Source: an uncultured Planctomycetota bacterium (lineage in GTDB: Bacteria; Planctomycetota; Planctomycetia; Isosphaerales; Isosphaeraceae). From it: a stretch of 64,000 nt of DNA. The stretch covers positions 32,001-96,000 of the forward strand of contig CAWGMQ010000011.1 in the NCBI GenBank assembly GCA_963823665.1, read 5' to 3'. Position 1 is the stretch's first letter; the number at the start of each line of letters is the position of its first letter. This document shows, one piece after another, positions 30,239-42,241 of this stretch. A program made the position numbers and the translations under genes. The notes beneath the pieces were generated by a model. It saw only the letters and a program-made list of their open reading frames with translations. It did not search any database and was not told the origin of the DNA.

Positions 30239-31729
30239 ATGAAAAGCATCGTCCAATGGCTCACGGCAACATTGACCCTTGCCGTGCCGTTACTGGGCGC
30301 CCAGGCCCACGCCGGCGGCTCGGCCGATTCGGTCGTCAAGGTGTTCACCCAGATGCGGCTGCCCAACCCGGTGCGGCCGTGGATCAAGCAGAATCCCGTC
30401 GAGGTGATGGGCAGCGGCGTGGTCATCGAGCGGAAAACGGATCCTCACCAACGCCCATCTGGTCCTCTACGCGGATGAGGTCTTCGTTCAAGGCGGCCGA
30501 GGGGGCGACCGGGTCGAGGCCAAAGTGGCCGCGATCGGGCCGGGTATCGACCTGGCCGTGCTGACACTCGACGACGAGACGTTCTTCGCCAAGCGGCCCC
30601 CGATCGTCCGCGCGTCGAAGCTTCCCGAGATCACGTCGCGGGTCGCGGTTCAGGGCTTTCCGGTCGGCGGCACCAGCCTCTCGACCACCCAGGGAACGGT
30701 GGCGCGCATCGAGTACGACTTCTACGAGACCGGCGCGGCGGGCTTGCGAATCCAGGTCGACGCCGCGATCAACCCGGCAACAGCGGTGGGCCAGCCGTGA
30801 TCGACGGCAAGATGATCGGTGTGATCTCGGGCCATGCCGAGAACATCGGTTACATCATCCCCAACCAGGAGATCGACGACTTTCTGACCGATGTCGCCGA
30901 CGGTCGTTACGAGGGCAAGCCTTACATCTTCGACCAGTTGCAGACGATGGAAAACGAGGCGCTGCGCGGCAAGCTCGGCGCTGGCGAAGGACGTGCACGG
31001 GCTGATGGTCCGCGAGCCGAAGCACCGCGATCCGTCTTACCCGCTCAAGGAGTTCGACATCCTGACGCGAATCGGCACGCACGAGATCGACAACGAGGGG
31101 ATGATCCAGGCGGAGGACAATCTTCCGACTTTCGTTCATGTCGCAGGTCCCGAAGCTCGTCCGCAATGGGACGGTGCCGGTGACCGTGCTGCGTGCCGGC
31201 AAGACGATCGAGGTGGCCCTGCCGGTCAGTCGCGAGCCTGACCAGTTGCTCCGCGGCTATGACGGCGCGCTACCCGTCTTACTTCGTTTGCGGCCCGCTG
31301 GTCTTCTCGCCGGTGGTCTCCAACGCGGTCCGTTACTACTTCCAGTACAACCCTGGTCTCGGCGGTCGCAACAGCCCGCTGTCGACCCGGCGCTCCGACC
31401 GGGCGCACTTCCCGGGCGAAGAGCTCGTCGTGGTCACGGCACCGCTGCTTCGGACCCGGATGACCAAGGGCTACGCAGACCCATTCGGACAGGTCCTGAG
31501 CGAGGTAAACGGGACCAAGGTCAAGAACCTCGCGCACCTGGTCGAGCTGATCCGGTCAAGCAAGGACGAATACCTCACCTTCCGGTTCGCCGAGGACTAC
31601 AGCGAGACGCTGGTCTTCCGCCGCAAGGCGATGCTCGACGCGACCGAGTCGCTCATGAGCGAGAACGGCATTCCCCGCCGGGGAAGCGACGATGTGCTGG
31701 CGGTCTGGAACGGCAAGGTCGGGAAATGA
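30239..31729 (+). pseudogene. Exported HtrA/Deg-like trypsin serine protease with PDZ domains, ~5 frameshifts (pseudogene or sequencing errors)
   Basis: Signal peptide; GSGVVI, ILTNAH, DLAVL, GFPVGG, QVDAAINP(G)NSGG, YFVCGPLVF, VNGTKVKNLAHL spread over different frames. Confidence 0.85.
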
Positions 31730-31832
31730 ATTGAACGAGAGCGGAATTCGCTTTCTCGCGCGGGTGGTGAAGCCAGCCTGGCCTGGCCCCACCCGCAAGC
31801 TTCACGACCAGAGCGCGAGACCGAGTATTGTT

Positions 31833-31860
31833 GTCGCAGGCACACTCCGTGTGCCGTCCG
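31833..31860. repeat. REP-like hairpin between convergent genes
   Basis: GGCACAC-TCC-GTGTGCC perfect stem at 31839-31855. Confidence 0.6.
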
Positions 31861-31883
31861 CTTTGACGTCGGCGCACCCGCTC

Positions 31884-32576
31884 TCACGGCTCGTTTTTGG
31901 CGAACACATCGGGCACGCGGACGACGAACCCTCGCAACACGGTGCCGCCATCGAGCGATTGGTTCTCGTCGAGAAGAATCGACCGATCAAGCGCCGTGCA
32001 CACCCGGACCGTCCGCTTCTTGGGGTCGACGATCCAGACCAAGCGCACACCGGCCGCGAAGTACTCTCTGAGTTTGCGGTCCATTTCGGACTTGGTGTTG
32101 CTCTTGCTGAGCACCTCGACGACGAGGTCGGGCGCCAGATGTGGGATCGGATCCTTGGGCCATTTGCGGCCAGGGAGGCGGTCCCAGGAGATAAAGGCGA
32201 CATCGGGGATACGGACCAGCCCGGAGAAGAGCCGGATCGTACCGGCTTCGCCGGTGACGATCCCCAGCTTGTGCCGGCGTACGAACGAACTGATGAAGAA
32301 GATGATGTTGACCGCGATCCCCGACTTGTCAAAACCCATGGCCTTCTCCACCAGCGTCCCCTCGACCAGCTCACACGGCCGGTTTTCGCGATCCAGGACT
32401 TTGATCACATCCTTCTCGGTGGCAGTTCCGGGCGTCGGAACAAGCCGGACGCGGCTCGCGGGGACGCCGCCGAGCCGCCTGAGGAGGTCGGCGACGGTGG
32501 CGCCATTTTGGAGCGTTGGCCTGGGCTCGATCGATTTGGGGCTCGCCCGGCGCTTCGAGACGCGCGTGATGGTCAT
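31884..32576 (-). CDS. Uma2-family putative endonuclease
   Basis: CELVEGTLVEK, RIPDVAFISW, APDLVVEVLS, EYFAAGVRLVWIVDP. Confidence 0.92.
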   Translation of the reverse strand: MTITRVSKRRASPKSIEPRPTLQNGATVADLLRRLGGVPASRVRLVPTPGTATEKDVIKVLDRENRPCELVEGTLVEKAMGFDKSGIAVNIIFFISSFVRRHKLGIVTGEAGTIRLFSGLVRIPDVAFISWDRLPGRKWPKDPIPHLAPDLVVEVLSKSNTKSEMDRKLREYFAAGVRLVWIVDPKKRTVRVCTALDRSILLDENQSLDGGTVLRGFVVRVPDVFAKNEP

Positions 32577-32802
32577 CGTCGAACGATCTCCCTTTCCCAT
32601 TCTCGAGCCGGTCGAACTCTGCGGAAGAAATCAGGCGCATTGTAACTTGTGGACAGGCGGCTGTCGTGGCTCCGAACACGAGCCGTATCCGACGCCCGCA
32701 GAATCCGCCCTTCAAATGACCGGGAGGAATCGAGATAATGTCCGGTCGCGCCGCGGCGATAGTCACGGACGCGAATTGAGAATATCCCGTCCTGACGCAC
32801 CC

Positions 32803-33765
32803 ATGTCCCAGAGGCAAATCGCTGTGAGTTCTTCCGAGCGAATGCTGGTCACAGGAGGAGCGGGCTTCATCGGTTCACATTTGGTCGAGGCGCTCGTTAA
32901 GCGCGGCTTCGCTGTCCGCGTGGTCGACAACCTTGTGACCGGCCATCGTTCCAATCTGGCCCATCTGGAAGGCAAGTACGAATGGGTCGAAGGCGACTTG
33001 GCGAATTTCGAGCTATGCCGTCGGGCGGTCGAAGGCGTGGCGTGCGTCTTTCATGAAGCCGCGATTCCCAGCGTGCCTCGATCGGTCAAGGAACCGCTGC
33101 TCTCACACCTGACTGGCCCAACGGCCACTCTCAACCTGCTCGAAGCCGCGCGGCTCGCGGGCGTGCGGCGATTTGTGTTCGCCGCGTCCAGCAGCGCCTA
33201 CGGAGAGACGACCGAGCTTCCCAAGCATGAAAAGATGCTGCCGCAACCGCTCAGTCCATACGCTGCGGGCAAGCTCGCCGGCGAAGCCTACGTTGCAGTC
33301 TACGCCCGGACGATGGGGCTCGACGGCGTGAGCTTGCGATACTTCAACATCTTCGGGCCCCGCCAGGATCCGTCGAGCCCGTACAGCGGTGTGATCTCCG
33401 TCTTTGCGCAGCGCATGGCACAGGGCCAGCGGCCGATCATCTATGGCGACGGCACGCAGACTCGAGACTTCACGTATGTCGCGAATGTGGTCGCGGCGAA
33501 CCTCGCGGCCATGGATCATTCACAACCGCTTGAAGGCGCCGTCTACAACGTGGGAACCGGCCGGCGAATCAGCCTGCTCGAGCTTGTGGCAGCCATCAAC
33601 CGATTCCAGGGCACCGACATCCAGCCCGAGTTCCGGCCGGCCCGTGCTGGAGACGTGCGCGATTCCCAGGCCAGCCTCGAGCGGATCCAATCGGTGCTGA
33701 GCTACCGGCCGATCGTCGATTTTGAGGAGGGGCTTCGGTTGACCCTGGGCCAGGTCGATTTGTAG
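32803..33765 (+). CDS. NAD-dependent UDP-sugar 4-epimerase/dehydratase (extended SDR)
   Basis: TGGAGFIGSH, ASSSAYG, YAAGK (YxxxK), LRYFNIFGPRQDP, GDGTQTRDF; start uncertain. Confidence 0.93.
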   Translation: MSQRQIAVSSSERMLVTGGAGFIGSHLVEALVKRGFAVRVVDNLVTGHRSNLAHLEGKYEWVEGDLANFELCRRAVEGVACVFHEAAIPSVPRSVKEPLLSHLTGPTATLNLLEAARLAGVRRFVFAASSSAYGETTELPKHEKMLPQPLSPYAAGKLAGEAYVAVYARTMGLDGVSLRYFNIFGPRQDPSSPYSGVISVFAQRMAQGQRPIIYGDGTQTRDFTYVANVVAANLAAMDHSQPLEGAVYNVGTGRRISLLELVAAINRFQGTDIQPEFRPARAGDVRDSQASLERIQSVLSYRPIVDFEEGLRLTLGQVDL

Positions 33766-33787
33766 AGGCCAGCGGATGATCGCGCGG

Positions 33788-35054
33788 CTATTGCTCGTTC
33801 CACGGCCGGCCAGGCGGCGGTGGGGGCGGTTGCTGCCAGCGCCACGTCGGCTGATACGAAATGTGCAGATGTGGCGTTGTGATTCGCTCTCCTCTCCTGC
33901 TCTGCGACTGCAAGAGCGCATCCAGTACGCCGCTCGTGAGCAGCGTGCGCTCCACCGGCCACGGTGCCGCTCTGGTTAGCATCAGGGTTCTCGATCGCGT
34001 GGAGCTGCACGGTAAAGTGCGCGCCGGGCCGTTCCTCCTGGGTCCAGAACAGCGTTGATTCGATCTTTCGCTCTTTCTCATACCGCCAGGCGGCCGTCCA
34101 GTTGCCCACCTGGTCGTTCACCTCGAGCAAGAACGCCCGCAGGCCGTCTTCATATTCGATTTTCATCAGCTTGGGCTCGCGAACGGCCTTGCGATCGATC
34201 TTCCCTCCCTTCTCATAGCGAGGGTCGCGCTTCAGTGCAGCAGAGAGCAGCTCCGGGTCGACCAGACGCTCGTCGATCGCCTTCCACACGGCATCACCGA
34301 GCAAACACTGGACCGAGCGAACACCCGTTTCGCCGCCGCGGCGCTGTTCCGCCAGCGCTTGCACCGCCTCCAGGCCGTGAAAGCCGTATGAATCTGTCGT
34401 ATGGTACGTCAGTGCGACAATCTCACTCACTCGTTCGCCGCGCGTGACATCGGCTGGCGGGTAGCGCCACGTAACCGGCAGCGACGAACCAGCCATGAGC
34501 GGTATCTTCAGCTCGCGTGCGGAATCATAGATGAACTTGGCGTCGGTCCAGTTGTCCGAGAGATGCTTGTCGGAGAAAACCGGGACCACTCGTCCGGACT
34601 TGCGAAAGACCTTCAAGACCTCCTCCCAGAACCGCCGCTTGGGAAACTGATGATTCCCCGTCGCCGAAAACGGGTAATCGCCGTGTTCGGCGATGAGCAG
34701 GATTCCGTCCACCGCCAGGCGATCGCTGCCCAAGGTGAGTGCATCGGCGATGGTCGCCTTGATCGGGAATCGATGCGAGGCCGCCAGCAGCCGGCTGATA
34801 TCATTCGGCGGCCGCTGGTCGGTGTAGAGCGAAGCCAGCTTGAGCGGCGAATCGCGGCCGGTGCCATCCAGCATGTCGGTCAGCAGCAGCCGGCTGACGA
34901 ACAGATCCGCATGCGAATTGTGTCGATACTCGGTCACGATCGCGGCCACGCGGCGCGTCGGTGATTCACCGGCCAGACCCGGAGAGCCCATTGTGAGCAC
35001 GGCCAGAAGACCGGCGAGAAAGACCGATCGCAATTGAGAGACAGACGAAATCAC
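33788..35054 (-). CDS. Conserved exported hypothetical protein, possibly oxidoreductase-like; frameshift near 33985
   Basis: Signal peptide; [41 protein letters not shown]-terminus PWPVERTLL in a second frame. Confidence 0.75.
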
Positions 35055-37781
35055 GGATGCACCGGTTCCTTTGGTCCCTGGTTCTGGAGCAGATACGCCA
35101 GCAGGTCCAGCACCTGCTCCCTCCGCATCACGTTGACCATTCCGGGTGGCATGTTCGAGAGATCGGATCGTTTGCGGGCGACGATATCGTTCTTGTTGAT
35201 GACCACGCTCTGATCTGTTGAGGGCGGCCGCAGCATCAGCACCTGATCGTCTTCGCGCTCGATCCGGCCCGACAGAGCCGCTCCGGACGCTGTTTCAACC
35301 AGTATGGTCGCGTATTCGTCGGCCACGACCTTCGAAGGCAGGAGGATTGATTCCAGGATCTCTGTCGCCCGCAGGCGGCGGCCGATGCCGGTCAGATCGG
35401 GGCCGACGCTTCCCCCTGCCCTTCGGCGCGGTGGCATTCAAGGCATCCCGTATCACGAAACGCCTTGCGGCCCGACTCGATCGAACGCCCGCTGCCCAGC
35501 CCATCGAGCGATGCGACCAGGTCGTCCATCCGCCATTCGCGCACGAACACCTGGTCGCTCTTGAGCCCGGAGATCCACTCGCGGAAAAGTTTGACCGCCG
35601 CCTCGTCAACGTGGTTTGACACGAGCGGCGGCATCTGACCGCGGCCGCGCCCCGACAGGCGATGAAGCAGCACCGAGCGTTCCGGAGCGCCCGGGGCAAC
35701 CAGCATCGCACTCGTGATTCCGAATGTGTCGTGTTGAGGGCGCGCCTTGATGAGCTCCAATTTGTCGCGCGCGGTTGAAAGCGAGAGCTGCATGCGCGAG
35801 TTGCCACCGCCGGCTTCGACGTGGCAGACCGAGCAATTCACGTGCAGGTAGGTTCGTGCGCGCAGCTCAAGGTCTTGCGAGCTGTCGCGCGGATCAACGA
35901 ATTGCTCGAGGTCTTTGGGCGGTTTGGGGAGCACGCCGGTGAAGAAGCCGATGTGATCGAGCGCCCGGAGCTGGTTGTCGCGCACGCCGTTGTAATCATG
36001 ATCTCGGTTGAGTTGTGAGCCGGTCACGCCGAGGACAAAGTTCGCGGCCCGGCTGTGGCAGGCCATGCACTCCGACCGGCTGGGGAATCGCCATTTCCAC
36101 CGTTTCGCGGCCGCAAGGCCGGTGGGCTTGCCCAGGTCAACCTCGGTGTCTTCACCGTTCTTCTCCACCAGCGATGCATCGGTCTGCTCGCTGTTCCAGC
36201 GGTAGGAATAGCCGGCCCATTCGCCCTGCTGGCGCAGCAGCACGCGAGTCTCGACGCGGGTTGGCTGAGTCACGTTTCCGGCCCGACGGTCGAGTGAGAG
36301 AGTCTGCACCAGTGCCGTCCCGTCCGGGAAAGTCCACGGGTTCGAGGAACCGAAGGCGACCTTGGCCTCTCCCGGCACGGCCATGAATCGCTCGGCCTCC
36401 GCGCTATCGGCCCAGCCGGGCGCGCTGACCGAATAAGGAACGAGCGCGGGGTTCAATCGGTAAGGGCTCGTCGAGGTGAAAAGCCCGGTCTGGCTCAGAA
36501 GCGTGGGAAAAGGTGCGGTGTGTTTTTCTTTCGGGGCGCGCACCAGCCGGTTGATCCCGCCCGCGTAGTCGGCGACGAGTAACTCTCCGCGGCCGTCGAC
36601 CTGGAACGCCGAGATCTGCAAGATCGTATCGGCCAGCTCACGATGCCAGATCACGCGCTCGCCGTCATGCTTCATCCCCCAGATGCGGCCGCTCGAATTG
36701 TCTCCGTAAATGTAGGCGCCCTCAAGCTCCGGCAAGACCGCGCCGTGGTAGACCACGCCTCCGGTCAGAGAGCGGAACTCGGCATGCGAGTGCTCGATTG
36801 TGGGCAGAACCAAAGGAGTCGGGCCGCGCTTTCGCTCGAGATAAAACGGATGACTCCCCTCGTATACGCTCCATCCGTAATTGGCACCGCGGCGGAGCAG
36901 ATACGCCGTTTCCCAGAGATCCTGGCCGTTGTTGCCGACCCAGATACGACCGGTAATCGCGTCTGTGCACATGCGCCAGGGGTTTCGCAGGCCGTACGCC
37001 CAGATCTCGGGACGCGCACCGGCGTGCTCACGAAGGGGTTATCCTTGGGAATGGCGTATGGCAGCTTTCCGTTTTTTCCATGAACGTCGATCCGCAACAC
37101 ACTACCGAGCAGGTCATTCAAGGTCTGGCCCGAATCCCAGCCGTCCGAATCACTGGTGCCATCGCCGGTGGTGATGTAGAACATGCCGTCGAGCCCGAAC
37201 GTCATGTCGCCGCCGTCATGTCCTGCCGATTTCCATTCGATCACGGGTGTCTCAGACGCAGGGTCGATGCGCAGCGGCTCCTTCGAGACCTTGTAACGGC
37301 TGACCCGATTCAATCTCTCGGCCGCATCTCTGGGGCCGTTCGTGAATACGTAAACGAAGCCGTTATTTCGGTAATCGGGATCGAAACAGACCGAGTACAC
37401 GAGTTGCTTGGGAATCTCGATCAGGGTTTCTCGCGTGCCCGATTTGGGATCATCCTCGCTACGGACGATCAACGATCCTTGATCGGGCTTGCTGTTCGAT
37501 TGCACGATCCAGAGTCCGTCACCCGAAGGCTCGCGCGCAATGTAGATGGGTGACTTCCATTCCTGTTTCGCGAAGGCCTTCTCGACCGTGAACGGCAAAG
37601 GAGGCTCAGGCGAGCCCACGAGCCGCGAGCTCGTCCAGGGGACGCGCTTGTCGAGCCCGTATCGGGGCTCGTCGCCCTTCGTCGCGCTCACCACGATCAA
37701 GGCAACAAGGCCCGCGACAAGCGCGGGGATTCTGGCACGGCACAATTGACGGTGGGACTGCAAGGCGGGGCACCACGGCAT
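35051..37781 (-). CDS. PQQ/GSDH-type beta-propeller dehydrogenase fused to c-type cytochrome domains; frameshifts near 37020 and 35412
   Basis: HDGGDMTFGLDG, GSVLRIDV, YAIPKDNPF, YGLRNPWR, GANYGW; CMACH, CSVCH, CLECH; VGPDLTGIG...ESILLPS...SNMPPG. Confidence 0.88.
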
Positions 37782-37967
37782 GCGACTCGGTCGGAATCTG
37801 GGAGGCGGACGACTTATTTAACCACGAGACGCCCGGAAGAACATCATCGAGTGCTCCGTGTGCGAATTTTTCACTGCTGAGATTTTCATGCAAGAATCGC
37901 ACGCCCGGGCGGCAGCTGATTATAAAGGGTGATTGGGAATGGTGATTGAAGACCAGGGGTCTCGCGC

Positions 37968-40376
37968 ATGCCGAGGGGTCGATCGGAGGCCGTGCAGCAG
38001 CCGTTGCGAGCGCTCATCGAGAGCGGATCGATGGCCGGCGTGCCCGATGCGCAACTCGTCGAGCGATTCGCAGCCAAGCGAGACTCGGTTGCCGAATCGG
38101 CGTTTGCGATATTGGTCGCGCGCCACGGCCCGATGGTGCTCGGCGTCTGCCGGCATCTCTTGCGCGACGTGCACTCGGCAGACGACGCCTTTCAGGCGGT
38201 GTTTCTCGTGCTGGCGCGGTGGGCCGGGACGATTCGTCAATCCGACTTGTTAGGATCGTGGCTTCACGGCGTCGCGACAAGAATCGCACGCAAGGCCAGA
38301 GCGCAGGCCAGCCGCCGGAGTCTCCGCGAGCAATGCGAGGTGGAAATGAACCGCATCGAATCGGTCGGCCGCGAAGCCGGCGCCAGCGCGTTTGCAGACG
38401 AGGATGCCGCCGCGTTGCATGAGGAGATCGGGCGGTTGCCCGAGCGCTATCGTCGCGCGGTCGTGCTGTGCCATTTCGAAGGGCTGACGCATAACGAAGC
38501 GGCTCGACGGTTGGGTTGTGCGCCGGGCACGGTCGGTTCACTCGTTTCGCGAGCTCGAGAGATTTTGCGCACTCGACTCGGCCGTCGCGGTCTCTCTGCG
38601 GGCTCGCTCGCGCTCGCGGCCGAGCTCGAGCCGAGGCTGGCCACCGCAGCAGTTTCCTCGGCTCTCGAGCGTGCAACTGTCCGCGCCGCGCTGAGTTTCG
38701 CGACCAACCGCGCGGTTGTTGCCGGCATCGTCTCGAAGCCGGCCGTCGATTTGGCGTGCGGAGCTCTCAAAACCATGACGCTGAACAAGGCGGCAATCGC
38801 CGGTGCGTTCGTGCTGGCGCTGGGCTTCGCGGCCGCGGTCGGCGGCCGTGCCAACGGGGTGTCGGGCGAGCCAGTCCGGGTAACGCGCGCAGCGGGGCAG
38901 AAGGCGCTACGCGAATCAGAGAGAGTTCCCTCGCCGAAGCTGCCAGGCGCCGTCACGCAAAAGCCGGCGTGGTTCAAGCACGCTGCGCCGTTTGATGTCG
39001 CGGCGTTCTTCGATGCACCACCGCCCGACCAAAATGCCGCGTCCCGTTATCTTGAAGCGCTCTTCGAGTTCGGCCCGGAAGTGGAAGTCTGTTTTCCGGA
39101 GGGTGCCGATCGAGAAAGTAGGAAGAAGGCCGTCGATCAGCGTTTGGGCGGCTTCTGGCCCGTTTTTCAAGAGTGGAGCAAGGACCCGCGCGCCGTTCCT
39201 GTCGCGACCATTGACGCGGTGGTGTCCGAATTCGATACGGGGTTTCGCAAACTGGATTGGGCGCAGCAACGGCGCCGTTGCGTGTTTCAGAGCGGCGTCG
39301 GAGCCACTGCTCGCATCCCGCACATGCAAGCCGCTCGACAAGTGGCTTTCGTTGCGCGGCTGAAGGTCCATCGGGAGCTGGAGCGCGGCGAGCTCGACGC
39401 GGCGCTTCGCGACCTGGCTCGATTGCTGCGATTGTCGCGAGACCTGCTCCCTCGCGGCGTCATGATCGTCGGCATGGTCTCCTCACGAATCGATCGGGGC
39501 GCCATCGAGAACGTGATCGTACCGTTGCTCCAAGCGCGTGGCCTGACCGTGCCTCATTGCGATGAGCTGCTCGCACTCGTGAGCCAGCACGAAGCTGATT
39601 CCGGCGACGCGTGTTCTGAAGGTTTGCAGGCCGAGTACATTTCCAACTGTGCAACGCTGCACGATCTCATCTTTGAGCAGAACCGCATGCGCAAGGACTT
39701 CGAGATCTTCGGCAATCCGGCCGGTCCGTCGATCGTCGCCGCGGTCGCTGAGCCTGATCTCTTTGCGGCCGTGGCCCCGAACGGGGCGATGCCCAAGGCA
39801 GCGGGCGGTGTGAAAAACGGGGCACCGGCTGAGCGACTCGTGCCCCTCCGAAGAATTGCCGATCTGGACGCTCTCATGGCGCGGACCACGCCCGATGAGC
39901 TGGCTGTGCAGTTGAACAAGATCAACGAATTCTACTGTGCGCTCCTGGGTGTGGCGAACACAAACGCTCTGGAGCGTATCCGAAAGTCGGACGAACGGCC
40001 GCAGTCCCTCGACGCGGCGGATATTCACACGCGGGTCACTTGCGGGTTGCTGTCATCGTCGTTCAAGGCGTATACGCAAACTCTGACGAATTCAAAGGCG
40101 CGGTTGCACGTCGCGGTCGGCTTGATCGCAGTCCGCCGCTGGCAGCTCGGTCACAACGGGGAGGTCCCGTCTTCACTCGAAGCCGCTGCGAAGGAGGCTG
40201 GATTACCCGCGGTGCCGCTCGATCCCTACGGTGCGCTGCCAGTCCGCTTCACGGTTGTAGACGGACAGCCGACGGTTTACTCGGTAGGGCAGGATGGCCG
40301 GGACGACGGTGGTAAAATCGATAACGCTCGGACACCCGATTCGGGAGACTTGCTTCTGCGATTGCCGAATGCGTGA
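37968..40376 (+). CDS. ECF sigma factor with TM segment and long extracytoplasmic extension (Planctomycete ECF57-like architecture)
   Basis: DAQLVERF, AFAILVARHGPMVLGVCR, DDAFQAVFLVLAR, LPERYRRAVVLCHFEGLT; TM AAIAGAFVLALGFAAAV; C-terminal DPY...VYSVGQDGRDDGG. Confidence 0.92.
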   Translation: MPRGRSEAVQQPLRALIESGSMAGVPDAQLVERFAAKRDSVAESAFAILVARHGPMVLGVCRHLLRDVHSADDAFQAVFLVLARWAGTIRQSDLLGSWLHGVATRIARKARAQASRRSLREQCEVEMNRIESVGREAGASAFADEDAAALHEEIGRLPERYRRAVVLCHFEGLTHNEAARRLGCAPGTVGSLVSRAREILRTRLGRRGLSAGSLALAAELEPRLATAAVSSALERATVRAALSFATNRAVVAGIVSKPAVDLACGALKTMTLNKAAIAGAFVLALGFAAAVGGRANGVSGEPVRVTRAAGQKALRESERVPSPKLPGAVTQKPAWFKHAAPFDVAAFFDAPPPDQNAASRYLEALFEFGPEVEVCFPEGADRESRKKAVDQRLGGFWPVFQEWSKDPRAVPVATIDAVVSEFDTGFRKLDWAQQRRRCVFQSGVGATARIPHMQAARQVAFVARLKVHRELERGELDAALRDLARLLRLSRDLLPRGVMIVGMVSSRIDRGAIENVIVPLLQARGLTVPHCDELLALVSQHEADSGDACSEGLQAEYISNCATLHDLIFEQNRMRKDFEIFGNPAGPSIVAAVAEPDLFAAVAPNGAMPKAAGGVKNGAPAERLVPLRRIADLDALMARTTPDELAVQLNKINEFYCALLGVANTNALERIRKSDERPQSLDAADIHTRVTCGLLSSSFKAYTQTLTNSKARLHVAVGLIAVRRWQLGHNGEVPSSLEAAAKEAGLPAVPLDPYGALPVRFTVVDGQPTVYSVGQDGRDDGGKIDNARTPDSGDLLLRLPNA

Positions 40377-40386
40377 ACAACTGTGT

Positions 40387-42241
40387 CTAATCGAATGCCA
40401 GGCGAACGACGCCGTAGACCAGGAATTCCGGGACCTCGATCCGAGCGCGGCCGTCCTTGACATGGACGGCGAGTGCCCGGACCTCCTTCATCTCAGGAGT
40501 GAGGAATTCCACGGCGCGCAACGTCTTTCCTCTGAGCAAAACGATGTCCGCGATTGCTCCTCGAACCGCACGCGGTTTCTCGTCCTCGATGCCCGCGCCG
40601 AGATTTGGTTTGCCGTCTGGTCCGCTCGGAAGCTCGTCCCGGTCATAATTGACAAGGTGGATGTCGAGCTCGTTGTCATGTCCGGCCGGCCGGCTGGCCG
40701 AGACTCGAACCGAGTCGGGGCAATGGAAGCGGCTGAGCGTTGCCGGCAGACCGCTGATTGCCAGATCGGGCGAGGTTGCAACGGAGACGATCTTCGCGTA
40801 TCGCGCCGCCTGTGCCGGCGGGAATTGATCGTCGGGCCAGACGTCGAACAGGACGTGTGCGTCGAGAAGCGCCTGACCAAGCTTTCGAAACGACTCGACC
40901 GCGGCAACTTTTCCCTGATGCACTTGCCCACGGGGAAAAATGAGCGCAACCTCAGAATGGGGACGGTTGGCCCGGTAAATATTTTCAAATCGCTTGAGGA
41001 ATTGATAGTACCTGACAATTTCGCGGTGCGCCGGCGGACTGGTGAACGTCGTGTAGAACCCCATCGGTGCGCCGCCGTTGGCAGCCAGCTCGGCAATCGC
41101 GGCGCGGATCCTGGTGCCTTCGTATTTGCCCAGCGTGAACGGCCGATCGTCAAACGCGCCACGAATATAGCGGGCCTGGAGTGTCGCCTCACCCAGAATG
41201 TGGTTCTTGGGATCGGTGTAATTTGCAGCGCCCCCGGTGCTATACCACAGGTAGGATTCATCGCGGCCCCAGAGCGCGCCGGGCAGCAGACAGCGTTCGT
41301 CACCGTCGAGTTGCAACAGGTTTCCCAGATGGTTCCATTGGGCGACGATCAGATCGCGCTTGAGCGATCGTCCAAATCGCACAAAGACATCATCAAACAC
41401 GGCCTTGTTCGAGATCTGGGAAAAACGGAGCATCTCGAGACGCAGCGGTGTTGTCTCGGCGGCCGAGTGCCAGGAGACGATCTCGCTGAAGCGGTGCGAA
41501 TCGAGATTGCCGACTGCGAACTTGTCGCGAAGCTCCGCCGCTGTGAACCGCTGCCGCAAGTAAAGTTTGAAGGCGGTCTGGCAATGCTCGCACAGGCAGT
41601 TGTGGCGATAGAAGTAATTGATGATCACGCCGTCTAGCCCGCGGCCCACGGCCTGGCGCAGCCAGGCCTTCAAGACTTGCTGCCAGGCCGGGTTTCGCAG
41701 GCAGGCCCAGTATTCATTCATGCCCCCGATCGAATAGGTGCTGGACTTGATCGGCGAACCGTCGCCATTCTTTTCCAGCAAGTCGACTGGATTGGCGGTC
41801 GGTTTAGGGCCAAGCGCCGTCTCGTCCCACAGTTCGCGGTAGAACTTGAAAAACCCGCGCGGGCCTTCGTGGCTGTCGGGATCACCGATCAGGAATTCGA
41901 CGTTGAAATGGCCGACGACCTTGACCCCGCGCGCGTGCAGCTTCCGGTTAAGGTCTTCGAACCAGGCTCCGAGCTCACTCAGACCGCGCACCGGAAAGTG
42001 TGAAGGATAGCCGCTGTACCGGGCTGTGTGTCCAAGGCTATAGAAATGAGCCCCGTAGAAGCCGACTTGCGCAATTTCGGGCTCTGCTTCCGCGATGAAT
42101 TTCAGGTAGTCAGGATTACCGTAGTCGGCCCAGTGGGCGACGAGACGGGTGAATTCCAGCCGCGGAGGCTCGCCCGCCCGCGCGCGATGCGGCGGCGACA
42201 AAGGTCAAGAGCACGCCCACCGCGATGCTCGAACGATTCAT
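40387..42241 (-). CDS. Exported hypothetical protein, glycoside-hydrolase-like; frameshift near 42177
   Basis: Signal peptide MNRSSIAVGVLLTFVAAASRA in a shifted frame; ACLRNPAW, GLDGVIIN, CLCEHC, C-terminal IHLVNYD. Confidence 0.7.

Noticed and set aside
31897..32802. 300-aa N-terminal extension of the epimerase
   Set aside because: Antisense shadow of the Uma2 gene; the Rossmann motif starts near 32850
40294..41637. 447-aa plus-strand ORF and similar long antisense ORFs (for example 51363-52631, 13080-14267)
   Set aside because: They overlap well-supported genes on the opposite strand, as expected in high-GC DNA
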